Origin: Candidatus Helarchaeota ASGARD archaeon Hel_GB_B
GTDB lineage: Archaea; Asgardarchaeota; Lokiarchaeia; Helarchaeales; HEL-GB-B
Assembly (NCBI GenBank): GCA_005191425.1
Contig: SUPR01000131.1
Coordinates: 1 to 7,685, forward strand
DNA: 7,685 nucleotides
Direction: 5' to 3'
The first letter of the stretch is position 1; the number at the start of each line of letters is the position of its first letter. Position numbers and translations under genes: made by a program. Below the pieces are notes generated by a model, which made no database searches, was not told the DNA's origin, and worked only from the letters and a program-made list of their open reading frames with translations. Of the stretch, positions 6,779 through 7,685 are shown piece by piece.

Positions 6779-7579
6779 TTGAAGGAAAAATTAATAATTA
6801 CTGCAACTAATGCAAATTCATGGATCTATCCTGATGTGAAAAACTGGCCAAATCCAGAAAATGTGGACGAACTTGTTGAAGATGTTATAAAATCATATAA
6901 AGCAGGGGCAAGTATAGCGCATATTCATCTCCCTCTTAGTAAAGAAGCAGAAACCGTTAATAAAATTAGAGAGCAGTGTGATATAATTATTCAAGCTGGG
7001 ATGTCTAGCTATCCTTTAAGTGAACGTTCTGCAACATTTGAAGCGAAACCTGACATGATTTCCATAATTTTAAACCACCATGATGAACATTTTACTCAGT
7101 TGCATGTTAATCAAATACATTCTCTTGAGGAATTAGAACAATATTGTGCCATGTGCAAAAAATATAAAATTAAACCAGAATGGGAAGTTTGGCATACTGG
7201 TTCATTTTGGAATTTAAAATATCTCATTGAGAAAAAATTAATAGAACCTCCACATGTTTTAACTTTCTTTTTTAATTGGCCCGGTGGTACTTGGAGTCCT
7301 CCAGTCCCTGAAGAATATCTACATCGTTTAAAATTCATGCCGATAAATTGCAAACATACTGTAAGTATTATGGGGAAAGAACAGACAACAATAGCTACAT
7401 TAGCAATTGCATTAGGTGGAAATGTAAGAGTAGGAACTGAAGATTATCCTTTTATCCAAGAAAATGTCCCTGCAAAAGACACATCCGAATTAGTATCAAG
7501 AATGGTTAGAATTTCAAAGGAAATGGGTAGAGAAATTGCCAAACCATCAGAAGCTAGAAAAATTTTAGGTATAAAATGA
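6779..7579 (+). CDS. Beta-keto acid cleavage enzyme family protein (BKACE/DUF849, Kce-like)
   Basis: KLIITA start, GASIAHIH (metal HxH), IKPEWEVW, ALGGNVRVGTED (family GGxVRVGLED) and AKPSEARKILG end. TTG start preceded by GTGA. Confidence 0.88.
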   Translation: MKEKLIITATNANSWIYPDVKNWPNPENVDELVEDVIKSYKAGASIAHIHLPLSKEAETVNKIREQCDIIIQAGMSSYPLSERSATFEAKPDMISIILNHHDEHFTQLHVNQIHSLEELEQYCAMCKKYKIKPEWEVWHTGSFWNLKYLIEKKLIEPPHVLTFFFNWPGGTWSPPVPEEYLHRLKFMPINCKHTVSIMGKEQTTIATLAIALGGNVRVGTEDYPFIQENVPAKDTSELVSRMVRISKEMGREIAKPSEARKILGIK

Positions 7580-7588
7580 GGTAAAATT

Positions 7589-7685
7589 ATGAAGTTAAAG
7601 GATAAAGTTGCTATTATAACTGGAGCTGGAGCAGGAATTGGAAAAGCAACGGCGTTTTTATTTGCTAAAGAAGGTGCAAAAGTAG
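7589..7685 (+). CDS. Short-chain dehydrogenase/reductase, 5' part (truncated by window)
   Basis: [32 protein letters not shown] contains the TGxxxGIG Rossmann motif. GAGGT RBS at 7578-7582. Confidence 0.9.
   Translation, partial: MKLKDKVAIITGAGAGIGKATAFLFAKEGAKV

Noticed and set aside
7111-7353. Minus-strand 80-aa ORF
   Set aside because: Antisense to the BKACE gene, with no motif support.
1-7685. CRISPR arrays, tRNA/rRNA genes, IS elements, or additional interrupted genes
   Set aside because: No regular repeats, structured RNA genes or transposase seen by eye. proA, proB, etfA, etfB and BKACE are continuous frames with expected termini.

Overview
Very AT-rich window, probably archaeal (Asgard-like is only my inference). 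The minus strand carries an acyl-CoA dehydrogenase (ACAD), etfB, a ferredoxin-fused etfA, proB and proA. The plus strand carries, divergently, a TPR-like tail-anchored protein, a divergent BKACE/DUF849 enzyme and the start of an SDR. Main result: the ACAD ORF seems to stop early (…DAKMAEIS*), but the missing C-terminus (IYEGTSEIQRMVIARRLLKDIH*, with the catalytic Glu) follows in the +1 frame after a 31-nt insert. The mRNA there folds into a canonical bulge-helix-bulge (BHB), the substrate of the archaeal tRNA-splicing endonuclease. Cutting at the standard bulge positions removes exactly 4933..4963 and restores …DAKMAEIYEGTSEIQR…, giving a 384-aa enzyme. This is a strong candidate for a tRNA-type (EndA/RtcB) intron in the mRNA of a metabolic gene. 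The archaeal mRNA intron precedent I know is crenarchaeal cbf5. Splicing is predicted from sequence only and has not been shown.
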